From positions 142,166,001 to 142,230,000 of the forward strand of contig NC_059426.1 in assembly GCF_021028975.2 (NCBI RefSeq): a DNA stretch of 64,000 bases, in the 5' to 3' direction. Both the position numbers and the translations under genes were made by a program. This document shows, in pieces, positions 38,006-49,672 of the stretch (position 1 is the first letter of the stretch; every line of letters begins with the position of its first letter). A model generated the notes under the pieces. It was given only the letters and a program-made list of their open reading frames with translations. It was not told the origin of the DNA and made no database searches. The DNA comes from Sphaerodactylus townsendi. Its lineage: Eukaryota.

Positions 38006-39699
38006 CTAAATGAAAGAATGCTTCTGTAGATACTCTTACAGACACAAGTCTGCAAATTCATCCTGTTATTTTAACTATTAAAAGGTCAAACTGTGATAAG
38101 TTCTGCAAAAAAATCCAGAACAGAATCACACCTTTTGCAATGGAGAAAGAAAGTTAGAGGCACTGTATTACGAGAAGTTCCTATGGAAGAGCACACATGA
38201 GCTGTTCAGGTGCAACAGGACAGCAGCTTCCCAGATTGTGGTCTGAAACTGGCACCCAGATTTACTTTCCTCCTAACGGCAGAGGTTTAGCACTGTAGGC
38301 ATCCAGCCTTTCTTAGCCACAGCAGATGCAGAAAGGCAGAGAACGTGTGGGGATTCTTGGTCACGGCAGCTCCTCCCTGCTCCTTTCCTGGCTGGCCGCC
38401 AGTTTCATTGGGCAGAGATACCATGGTCTCTACTAACACTAGAGCTGCCAGCTCTGGCCTGGGAAATTCCTGGAGATTTGGGGGCAGTGCCTGTGGAGGG
38501 TGGGAATTTGGGGAAAGGAAGGACCTCACTGGAGTGTAATGTTATGGATTCCACCCTCCAAAGCTGCAGTTTTCTCCAGGGGAAGAGGCCTCTGTAGCCT
38601 GGAGATTAGCTCTAATTCTTGGAGGCCCCACCTGGAGTTTGGCACCCCCTCTAGTGCCAATTAATGCCTCGCAACTTCATAAGCAGACATGTGCCAGTAA
38701 GATGCTTACTGAAGAGGTAGGGGGAAAATATAGGGGAAGATTTTAAAGCAACTTGGGAAGTTTGAAAAATGCCACAATTAGAACTCCAATAAACCCAATT
38801 CTTGTACGTTGAAACTGACTCTGGAATCTCCCAAGTGGCCCAAAGAATTCTAGAAACAAGAGGGCAGAATGAAATTAGAACCACACTTCTACAAATAGAA
38901 ACTGACAGCACGAAGCCTATAGAACACAGAGCCAGTGTGGGGTAGGGGCTAGGGCAGGGGCCACTAACTTTTTTTTTGAGTCTGCAGCCACATTTGGAAT
39001 TCTGACACAGAATGGTGGGAAGAGGTGGGCTGCCGCAGGAGGTGGAGCTAGTCACAAAATGATTGACACAGCTTAATCTCAGTAATACGGTGCAGACCCT
39101 TGTTTTGTGATGGCAGCTGTTGCCAAAGCAACATTTTTTAAAAATCTGCCCAGCCAACCAAATCTCCAGTAATCAGTCAGAATCCTTGTTGGGCAAAAGC
39201 CTTACCTGGCCCTGCCCGCTACCTGAAAAGAGTTGGCAGACACGAGAAAAGGTGTCGGCGGACACGATGGTGCCCACACTGGGGGACCCATGATCTAGAG
39301 TGCTGGATTAGGATCTGGGAGACCAAGGTACAAATTGCCTCTGCCTTGGAGGCTCATTAGGTGACCTTCAGCCTGTCACTGTCTTTCTCAGCATAATCTA
39401 CATTGTAGGGTTGTGGGAAGGTAGCATGAAGGAGGGGGGGAAATTATGTACACTGCCCTCAGCTGCTTGGAAGAAGGGTAAGATATCAATATACTAAACA
39501 AGCCTACAGGATATCCAGATTATGCTGTTGCCCTTGATCACTTGATACCTGCAAGTACATTTGACATGTGATAAATGAGACACAAAGATGGGAGTCCTAA
39601 GAACACTTTCTCAGGTGTAAACTGCACTGATTAAGATGAAACTTAGTTCTGAGTAGGTCTGCTTAGAATTGCTCCCACAGTTACACACTGTGAACTTAC

Positions 39700-42600
39700 C
39701 ATTCTCCATGACAACATTTACAGCCATTGTACTTATATCTTGAGTACAGACAGCCTTAGGCTGCTCACTGGGAGGAGCACTGTAGGTGCTCAGTCCAGTC
39801 ATTCTATTGATGTATACCGTCCTACCCAAGGATGCATCAAACTGATCAAACCACTCAGAAGGATGACACTGTGATTCCTCATTCTGAGCTGGATTTGCAT
39901 AATCTGAAGCACCTTCACTGATACTTGACAGGACCACCATAGGTTCATGTGTGTTCACGTTTTGCTTTGAAGATCCATCCATAGCACATATGTCTTCACA
40001 GGTGTCTTCAGGACATACCTCTTTATTGGGCAATGCCAATTTTCTCTTTTGGGAGATAACATATTCTCCATCAGTATCAATGAAAGAAAGGCTGGCAGTA
40101 TCTTCCATAGCTATTGTTCTTGCATTAGAGGTTTCCATAGGGTTACTTTGCACAGGACAGTGTGAAGCAAAACTGTAGCTCTTTGTCCCTGTTTCTCTTG
40201 TGAACAACTGAGATACAGAACAGTTATTTTGCAAAAGATTATTTTGAGATGAGAGACACCTGTCTTCAGTTTTTGGACTCAAATTTAATTGGGATTGTCC
40301 AGAAAGCTGCCCTTTGCGTTCTGAATGTATAGCTTCTTTAAGGCGTCCCTTCATTTTAGATACTTTAGCAGCAAGTGTTCCTGTAAATCCAGAAGTTCTT
40401 GGATCTTTTGTTCTGCTTTGGGAGTAATCTCTCAGGGTCAGAGGGCTCTCTCTTACATATGTTTTCTTGCTTTCTTCAAAGGAGAACTGAGACTTTTCCA
40501 AGGGAAAAAGGCAATCACAGCTATTATTATTACAACTAACTTGCTCTTTATCTGGAAGGTCACAAATGCTTGAGTGTTCATGATCTTTATTCTTATCAGG
40601 AACTGCAAACTCATCCCTATTTTTTTCAGTTATGGATTGTGTATTCTTTATGGACCCATAATGTCGCCTGAATCTATCTAATGACCCCAGTTTTGGATGC
40701 AAACTCAGTTTTGTAAAAGTACAGCGCCCAAATCTAGTTAACTTCTCAGGCATTTGCTTTCTTGAGGTTGCATTATCTACACTACAAACAGAACTGGATG
40801 GAGCAATGGAAATCAGTTCCTTGGTATATTGTCTCACGCCCTCACTTCTGCCAACTGCTGGAAGTGAATCCATCTCATCCTTCTGGCTGGATATATGCCC
40901 AATTTCCATGCGCTCGTAGCCCTTTCCTGTGCATATACCGCCTTCGGTCATCCTCAAACATTCTTGAGTATTTGAAGTCGGTCTTGAAAAAGTGAGCTTT
41001 TTGTCAAATACATCCCTGGCACTTACTGGACCTAGTACATGTGGCATGTTTGATGAATGGTTTATGTCTGCTGTTTTATCTGGTGACTGACTTTGCATAA
41101 GATGAACTAAAAGGCCTGTAGAACACAACTTTAAAGATTCTTGTCCCACTGTTGCTTCTCTGTGGGAATTTAACTCTGTAGCAAGTCCTCTGCCCTCTTC
41201 TGCCATCCTGCATTTTCTCGACAAAGCACCTTTTAAGAGAAATTGATGTTTACATAAATCAACATCTCTCACATTTACAACATGTCCAAAAGTGGAAGAG
41301 TTGGAACTACTTTCCTGAAATGCTGGATCATGCAGGCTGCTTGTGTTTTTGTCAGGCGTCTCAAAACAAAGTGATGTGCCACTATCACTGCCTGTTTTTA
41401 AAGCGTCTGACAAGTCCTGTCCACAGCCTTCTTGTGGACTCTTGGAATTTAAGACCTCAGTCTGTGGATCATCATATATATTTGGCTCTTTGTGCATGTT
41501 ACTCAATTTTGGGAGATCAAGAGTGGGGCTATCTTTGTTGGGCAAAGAATTTTCCACTTTACTACTTTTTCCATGAACAGGCTCAGTGATAGTCAAATCT
41601 GTTTCCATATTGTTAGTGGGTCCTGTGAGATCTGATGTAATTTTGTCAAGAGTTATTTTCCTTCTGACAGACTTTGATTGCAGATTAAACATTTCATAAG
41701 AATCCACAATATTATCACAAGCTCGCTTAAAATTCTCCTGCATGTGTTTCTCCTCAAGAAGAGAAGGATGTAAAGTCATAGCAGAATTCAAACAAAATTC
41801 ATTGTATTCATTAAATTCTTTAACATCTTCACCACACAGCTCAATAAACAGATGTTCTTGCTTTAAGAAGGCTTTCACTCCTTCTTCAATGCAAAGCAGG
41901 AGAGCATCCCAACTGCGAAACTCGATTAGAGTTTTTGCAGGTTCCAAACACACATCATATTCATCATGCTGACACTTGACATTCATAACAAAGACTCCAT
42001 AGAGCTCTGGGCCAGAACGATGGCGAACAGGACTCGAAGTGACAGGTCCGCTTTTTGTTTTACATATAACACTTTGTTTTCTTAATAAAAAATCAATTAG
42101 CTTATGTATTCTTGTTTTTAATACCAGTCTATTGTTCACATACAAAAACTGAATATTTTTATTGTAATGCCCTTCAGAACTGATATGGCCACTTATCTCA
42201 AATCCTCCAGACTTATGATATATTCCTCGCAATTTCTGTGATTTACTGAGGCCATAAATTTGAGAAAACCGAGAGCACACATCTTTTGTCTTGGATAGCT
42301 GAAGCACCATAGAGCAGGAAGCATCATTTCTTAACGAAAAAGAGACTGAGGGATGCATAAGTGAAACAGCCTCTACCTTATGCCTCACTCTCTCAAATTC
42401 CAGTATGGAATCCATGCATCTTCTCCGCACAGGCAACTGATGAAATAAGCTGTACACAGTCACTGTTGTTCCTGCAGTTGGTCTATTCAATTCTGCTTCA
42501 GAAACTTCTAGTCCTTTCCCATTGTGAAATAATTTCAAAAAGGTTTTTGCAGTCTTATTTGTCTTGGATGCTATTTCTACTATGCTGGCCATGCTTGCAA

Positions 42601-42898
42601 TGCTTGCCAAAGCCTCTCCACGGAAGCCATAACATGTTAAATTTTCTAGGTCTTCCACCGAGTAGCATTTACTGGTAAAATATCTGTTCCCGACATTGCT
42701 GAGGTCTTCTCTTCTCATCCCAGAGCCATTATCTACCACCTGGATTTTAAATGTTTCCAGATCCACTCTAATGGCCACACATGTTGCTTTGGCATCTATG
42801 CTGTTGAAAACTAACTCTTCAGCACACTGCCCCAGAGAAGTGATGGCCACTCCAGAACGCAAACTGGTTTGCACTTCTTCAGTCAATCGTTTGATCAT
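39700..42898 (-). CDS. MLH3: MLH3 (MutL homolog 3) large first coding exon: GHKL ATPase, transducer domain and long linker
   Basis: Motifs EELVFNSIDA, DNGSG, GFRGEAL, GTT, DVCLEPAKT; acceptor with exon start at 42966; donor G|GTAAG after 39700; 3199 nt. Confidence 0.97.
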
Positions 42899-43918
42899 GA
42901 CAAAAACAGATGGATGACAACTCAGGAGACTGAATATGCATTGAACTTTTTCATTCTATGAATTTCCTGTTAAAATAAAACAGACAAAAAAGAAACACAT
43001 GTATATTATTTTTACCAGAGTTCCATAAACCCCTTAACATTTTTCTTACAGTGCCACAATGGTCATTGTTGTTGTCTTGGCCAGCAAAATTAGATTACCA
43101 TTTTAAAACATTAAACAGCTGCAGATTAATACTCCTCATTCCTAAAATGATTAATTATTCCTATATGTTATCCAACCTGAACATCTACAATAAATGAATA
43201 AACCCGAAATGACCAACATCATAAGGTTAACTGTGATAAACATTGATAGGTGTGAATTGTAACACTCATGAGCTGCCAAAATAAATCAGTTCATGAATCT
43301 CACTACTATCTACAACATAATTTATTTTTGCCTAAATATATTCAGAAGGATGTTCTCCCTGACTTTTTCTACCCAGCACTGGGGTACATAATTGTGGTAT
43401 GCAGAATGCCATAGCAAGAACTGAGCTGGCACATGGATGGTACTGGGAAATACATGACATTATTTCACTAATATTCATTACGCTCCTCAGATCCATTCAT
43501 TATTGCTGTCTAAAGTTTCTGGAGTTTGTGTTAAAGTTAAAATAGCCACTTCTTGTCTCCTGATTAGCACCCTGAAACCTCATTGTGATTTTAATATATT
43601 TCAACTACACCTGCCCATACAGTCGGTGCCTGCCTCTCCTAATTTCACAGATGATAACAGTGACTTACTTGCAATATACTCATATCAAGAACCTCAACCT
43701 GAGCCATCCAGTTTCCACAATTACAAGCTGCTGAAGGCTCTGCTTTACATCTTGCCTGCTATAATCTTTCACTTTGAAACAACAACGACCAGTGATTGGG
43801 CCAGGGACCAGTAAGAGATATGCTGCTGTGGAATGGTGTTCAGCTACAGCTACTGAGGTTCAAATTGCTATTCAACCAGAAAAAACTTCCTAGGTGATCC
43901 TTCCTTGGCACCCTCTTT

Positions 43919-44070
43919 GGCCCCTTCCACACATGCAGAATAATGCATTTTCAATCCATTTTCACAATTATTTGCAAGTGGATTTTGCTATTCCGCACAG
44001 TAAAATCCAGCTCCAAAGTGCACTGAAAATTGATTGAAAGTGCATTATTCTGCACGTGCGGAAGGGGCCT
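43919..44070. mobile_element. Palindromic MITE (GGCCCCTTCC...GGAAGGGGCC); second copy at 11191-11318
   Basis: Inverted terminal arms of ~30 bp; two homologous copies. Confidence 0.75.
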
Positions 44071-44343
44071 CTGTCAGGTAAACGACCTCACAGAAAAGGA
44101 ACTACTGAGTAGACTGCTTCCCAAAAAGGTACTCTTAGGGCCTCTATTTGGCATGGTGATGAATCGTTCTTAAGGAAAAACAGACATGTTGGTGTCCCAG
44201 TCGGTCCCACGCTTTGTGTAGCACGGCAACTAGCATTCATATGCACGTATTTAAGCACAGGACAGGAGCACTATATATAAGAAACTGTTGGTGTCCCAGC
44301 CCGGTCTCAGGAAAGTCTGACTGGCTTCCAAGTCGCAGGTCAC

Positions 44344-44600
44344 CTTGCGACGGCTAGAAAGTGAATCATCAGCCGCTCACCCCGCACCACGACAGCAGCA
44401 ATGACGGTCTCTGTCTCCTCCTTCCTTCCATCCCAAGCTCTGACAGCAACTTCCGTTTTGCTTTTTCGCTCCGCTTTCAAGCCCCCCCCTCAAAAAAAAG
44501 GGGGGAGTCCCGTTAACCGTAACGAAGCCGACTGCTCTTCCACACAGACGTGCACGAGCTTGCGCTGTTAACTGTGCAATTCACCGAACAGTAGTGAAAG
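44344..44600 (-). promoter_or_regulatory. MLH3 promoter / non-coding exon 1 (CpG-rich, ETS CGGAAG motif ~44450; candidate donors after 44381 and 44344)
   Basis: CpG enrichment ~1.4 kb upstream of the first coding exon; GG|GTGAGC and AAG|GTGACC donors on the - strand. Confidence 0.55.
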
Positions 44601-44810
44601 GACGAAGGCCTGCAGAATGAGCATAGGTGCATCTGATCTATGGACTTCAATTCCCATCGTACACTGAGATTACTTGCAATGCACCATGGGAACTGTTGAT
44701 TTTGTCGAATCCCTGGTTGTACCGTTTGCGGGACTTTACAAATGTGCTTTTTGATACGTTTTAGCTGAATCTTGCTGCTGCCATAAGCGCAATGCCAGCT
44801 AATGATAATA

Positions 44811-46967
44811 CCGTGTTTCCCCGAATATAAGGCATACCCATGAAATAAGACATAGTAGAGGTTTTGCTGAAGTGATCAATATAAGGCACCCCCCAAAAAT
44901 AAGGCGTAGCAAAGTTTTTGTTTGCCCGCCACGGAACAGAACACCAGAGCAGGAAGCTGTGGAGCGGCCCCTGGAGGAAGTGCACCAGCAACAGCAACGT
45001 TTGGCTTTTTACCCCGCCTTTCTTTCCCATAGAAAGAAACCTCGGGCCACCGAGGAAAGAGCAGCTTCTTTGTGCACGTTGGGAAAGGTCGTAGTGCCTC
45101 TTTTCTCCCTCTCACCTTCTACTTGAAAGCCACCTTGAGTCTCCTTACAGGAGAGAAAGGTGGTTTATTAATCCAAACTCCTCCTCTTCTTCTAGTAAGT
45201 TAAAAAAAACCCTTCTAATATTTTGAGACGTTGCTGCCCGCCCCCAGAGCTAGCTGGCCGAGCAGCAAGTGGGCATTTAAACCTGCGCCCGAGGGCCAGT
45301 CCAGCCTCTGTTTCTGGCTGGTGGGGCTCGCCGGCAGCAGCGATGGCAGCGCCCAGGCACAGGAGCAAGTGGGCTGCTGCTGCCTTCCTCTCCCCCTCCC
45401 CACGCCTGCAAGGCTCGGGCTCACCTTGGGGCCTCGGCCGCTGCCCCCTCCGGCACCCTTGCTGCCTCTCCCGTCGCTGCTCCTGCCCCTATCTCCCCAG
45501 GAGGGATGATGACAGGGACGCCTGTTGTGCTGAGGGAGGTCGTCGAGGCGGTGGTCAGGAGCTTCACCAAGCACACGCAGGGCTCCTTCTTCCTCCTCTT
45601 GTTTACCAGCCCGCTTCTCCACCACCTCCTCCTCCTTCCCCCACACCCTGCAAGTTTGCAAGCTTCAGCTTGCAAAAAGACCCCAAAGTTGCAGCCTTTC
45701 CCTGCACCCCCCACAACGGCCCGGGGGTTGCAACTTGCAAGCATCGCCCTGCGGTTTGCAAGCAGCGCTGGAAGGATCGTGGGTATTGCTCCCTCCCATT
45801 TTTTTTGCAAGGGATGCCTGGAGATGCAAAACTGCGAACTTGCCCCCGGGCCTGGGCACATTTGGGTTGGTTGGAAAGACTGGCCCAGGCCGGGGTTTGT
45901 TTTGGCAATGGGTCCCTCCCCACTCGGTCGGGCGCGCGGCTTGCAAGGCGCACCGGGTCGGTTTCTGCATGCACGGCTGAAGTGGGGAAGGGGGACCAAA
46001 CAGCTCCCTAGCGGTGCTGGATTCTGCAGCGCTTTTGCACCGCTGCTTAGGCCAGTAGGGAGAATTAGCGTACTTTTAGGCCCCGTTGGAAGAAGCAAAG
46101 AGTGACTTTTGAGGTTTAGGGTGTGGTTGTTCATGCAGGAGATGGAAAGGGGCGGACGGGATTCCCCTCTCAGGACTTAGCAGCCCTAACCTGCAGCTCA
46201 CTTCAGAGCCCAGCAACAGCTCAGCCCAAGCCCCTCGAGTCTTCCAAGAGGGGGAGGAAGGGTCACTGGGCTGTCAAGAAAGCGGGCGGGATGAGACGAG
46301 GAGGCCCGGCCGGAGGGGACAGCTTGGGGGCAAGCAGGAGGCGCTGGGGTGGAGGAAGGAGAGTGAACGGAGCAGGGAGAAAGTCAGAAGGAAAGAGAAA
46401 GAGAACGGAGCAGAGAGGGAGCCAAAACAGAAGAGAGAGAAATGCAAGGGGGAGAGAGAGAAGACGAAGCAAGACAGGGAGAGAACAGAGAGAAACTGCA
46501 AGAAAGGGCTACCAGGAAGGGAAGGGGGAATTGGAAGCCCTGAGAGTCAGAAGGAGGGGAAAAGAGGAGGGTATCTAGGGAAGAGGCAAACCCTGGGTGG
46601 TGCCTCTTCAACAACTCCCGGGACATCCTGCAGTCTGGAAGACGGGTGGGACAGCCATCACTCTGTGGCTAACAGCCTTATTGAATGACAGACTTCCTAA
46701 AACCGGGGTCTCAGACAGGGACAAGACCACCCCAGATAGGGAAGGAGGGAAGGCACAAATTCTTGATAGGATTCACATTTTGTCTAGTTATGCTGGTTTG
46801 TGATGACAACTACTGTACAGTATATAATAAATGTTCATTTTTTTGTTCAACAATAAATGTGAATTCTTCTTCATGGAAAAATAAGACATCCCCTGAAAAT
46901 AAGACATAGCGCATCTTTGTGAGCAAAAATTAATATAAGACACTGTCTTATATTCGGGGAAACAGGG
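44811..46967. mobile_element. Non-autonomous Tc1/mariner (Tc2-like) DNA transposon with GC-rich captured cargo (Pack-type)
   Basis: 24-bp TIRs (22/24 match) CCGTGTTTCCCCGAATATAAGGCA; TA on both flanks (44809-10, 46968-69); ends homologous to the 31831-32083 MITE; no transposase ORF. Confidence 0.88.
45420..45585 (+). pseudogene. LIX1L: Captured fragment of LIX1-like (LIX1L) exon 1 inside the transposon
   Basis: [23 protein letters not shown] vs recalled human LIX1L [23 protein letters not shown] (19/23); Ala/Pro-rich in-frame stretch upstream; needs BLAST confirmation. Confidence 0.75.
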
Positions 46968-48444
46968 TAGGCTGATACGTAGCCTGCTCCTAAGCTGAAA
47001 AGGCTCACGGATACATCAGCAGTGTTCCTTTACCTTTAAGCAATGAATTACGTTGTTTACGTAAGTTCTGGACTCTTTTGCACTGAAGTTTATTATTTGT
47101 AATAACAGTATTTGTAAAAATCTATGACATGGGCCTCTTCATGTTCACAGTTCTTACGACATAAAACCTATCCATGTTATGTAGCCTTCCCTATGATGAA
47201 CGTCGTGTGCCCACTGTATTTATAAACAATTAAGTAGATGATAGGTTGGACATCTACTCCCGTGTTTCCCCTGAACATAAGTCATAATGAATTCAAGACT
47301 TCTAAAGACAGAACATAATGAAAGCAGTTAGCATAAACTGCATTAGTTGCTTGTATGATTTCTTGCCCTCAGCTTCCCCTACCCTTAAACAACTTCTCAC
47401 TAATGTGGACATAGACTACCAAGATGCCAACTTTGTCCCCTTATACACTCGAACAACACAGTCACTGTACCAATAACAACACCAGCCACATTATCGCAGG
47501 TTCATTCACTTGCTGATCTGCCAGCCTTGTTTGCCATCAAATGTTAACAATGCTCTTCTACTCTATACATCAGCCACACAAGCCAGCCACTACACAAAAG
47601 GATAAATGAACATAAATCTGACATTCAAAATCACATTACTCATAAACCAGTAGGGAAACATTTTTTATCTTCCAGGACATTCCACTGCTGACATAAGAGT
47701 ACCAGTTCTACAGAGAATCTTCAAAGGGAGATCACAATGACAAAATTACCAAATTTAGAATGAGTATTATCCACACCTCTACTAATCTGCCCTAGTTCTG
47801 ATTATTTTGCATTGACTTTTTGCATCCTGACTCCAGCATGCCCTCCTTTTCAACTCACCCACTACCTTCTGACCTAGATATAAGGGCATTCTATATGTAT
47901 CTGACAAAGTCAGCTTTCACTTACAAAAGAATATACCCTGTGGGGGAAAAACTGTTATTTAAAATGTGCTACACCTTTTTCAGCATAGAGAGCTCAGCTG
48001 AAGATCCATCTGTGACGGCTTCCTGACCCTTCTTCGTAGTTGAATGCTCCATGGGGTCCTAGTACCAGTTAGTACTACTGAAGCTTGGTGTTTGGGGAGG
48101 TTTGGGGATGGCAAGCGTGGTGGCAGTCAAGTGACAGGGTGGATGGGGGTGGCAAAAGCAGAGGCTGGTCGGTGTTGCTGGGGGCCCTGGGTGGTGTGGG
48201 GCTTCTTCTGCTGCCCTGCTGATCCCTCTAATGGGCTAGTGTGACCTTGAGCAGCCCAGAGCTTTCCCAGCTGGTCCGAGAGACACTGAAGCCGAGTAGT
48301 GTGGCTTCGAGTGATCCAGAGTTTTTCCAGCTGCTCTGGGAACCACTGGAGCTGGACAGTGCGGCTGTGGACAGTTCAAGGCTTCCTCGGCCACCCTGAT
48401 GACTTCTGGAGTGAGGTGGTGCAGCCCTGAGCCATTCCCCACCG

Positions 48445-48725
48445 CACTGGTGATTAAGAGCAGATGGACTCTAATCTGGAGATCCAGGTTTGACTCCGCA
48501 TTCCTCCACATGAATGGCAGAGTCTTATCTGGTGAACCAGATCTGTTTCTCCGCATTCCTGCTGGGTGACTTTGGGCTAGTCACGGTTCTCTGGAACTCT
48601 CTCAGCCACACCTACCTTACCAGGTGTCTGTTGTGGGGAGAGGAAGGGAAAGGGGTTTGTAAGCCCTTTTGAGGCTCCTTACAAGGAGAGAAAGGGGAGG
48701 TATAAATCCAAACTGTTCTTCTTCT
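48445..48725 (+). mobile_element. tRNA-derived SINE; older copies at ~8665-8860, 14570-14760(-), 21830-22040(-), 39290-39500 and 52390-52620
   Basis: Same head, core and tail. Confidence 0.75.
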
Positions 48726-49456
48726 ATTTCCGCCCTAGGAATGAATGTTAAACATTCTTGGAAGAGAAAGTAAAAGTATGCATTCTGGGCCACAACTCTA
48801 ATGTAAATTAAACCTGCAATCCGTCCTGTGATTCCCCAACCAGTAAGCCTGTCCTCTTCATAGCACTGTCTCTTCAGGCTGTTTGAAGTCTGTTTCTTGG
48901 CTATTACAGGCATGACAGCATGTTGAGGACTGATTTTTATAACTAGACAGAGAATTCACTCTAAAGAACAGGCCATTTCCTCTCTCCATTTATTTATAAG
49001 CCATACTTCTCACTCACACAGAACCTGAAGTGGCTGAAATAACTAAAAACAAAATAACAAACATATTAATACAGATACAGAATAGTCTACAACAGAAACT
49101 ACCATAATTCAGATGGAATGGGAATAAATCCCAGCCCTCTTATGCCCTTCCAACAGTGCTTCAGATTTATTTTTGCTTGTATGCTGGGGACAAATATATC
49201 TTAGCAACGTCTTTATTAATACCTAATATTAACACCAAATATAATAATTATATATACAATATATTATCTTATTAGATCTTTAAGTCAGCAAATTTGTCTT
49301 TATCTCAGCAGAATCAATTTAACAACAATATGGCAGAAATACATAGTACCTAAAACTGAAGGAATCTCTGACTGGGACTGCTAAAAGTAAGAGTAAGTGA
49401 AAGGACAGCTTTTTGGAAGGACTTCCATCTTTTCTCCTATATTTAATGATCTTCTC

Positions 49457-49672
49457 TTATTTCACAATGCAAAAGTCACTATATTCTAATTTGGTTATCT
49501 TCTTCTCATTGCGAAAATCTGCTTTTTCGATGTGGGACTTGGGACTTCCCGTCTTCCGAAGCCATTCTTTAAGCTGCTGTACTTTGAAAGCAGGGCCTTG
49601 GATCTGTCCTTGCACAGTGCCATAGTCTGTATTCTGGACCCAGCCAACCACACCTAACTTTTTTCCTTGCGC
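49457..49672 (-). CDS. ACYP1: Acylphosphatase 1 coding exon 2 (AQGKKLGVVGWVQNT...SDFCIVK*)
   Basis: GWVQN catalytic-Asn motif; 99 aa in total. Confidence 0.96.
   Translation of the reverse strand, partial: AQGKKLGVVGWVQNTDYGTVQGQIQGPAFKVQQLKEWLRKTGSPKSHIEKADFRNEKKITKLEYSDFCIVK

Noticed and set aside
39611-39699. 3' end of the 1095-aa ORF as the MLH3 C-terminus
   Set aside because: Read-through into the intron past the donor after 39700.
45215-46626. Long overlapping ORFs (148-262 aa) as genuine genes or a transposase
   Set aside because: No DDE/D or HTH motifs. They are open on both strands because of high GC and lie inside a transposon. Only the short LIX1L-like segment is recognisable.
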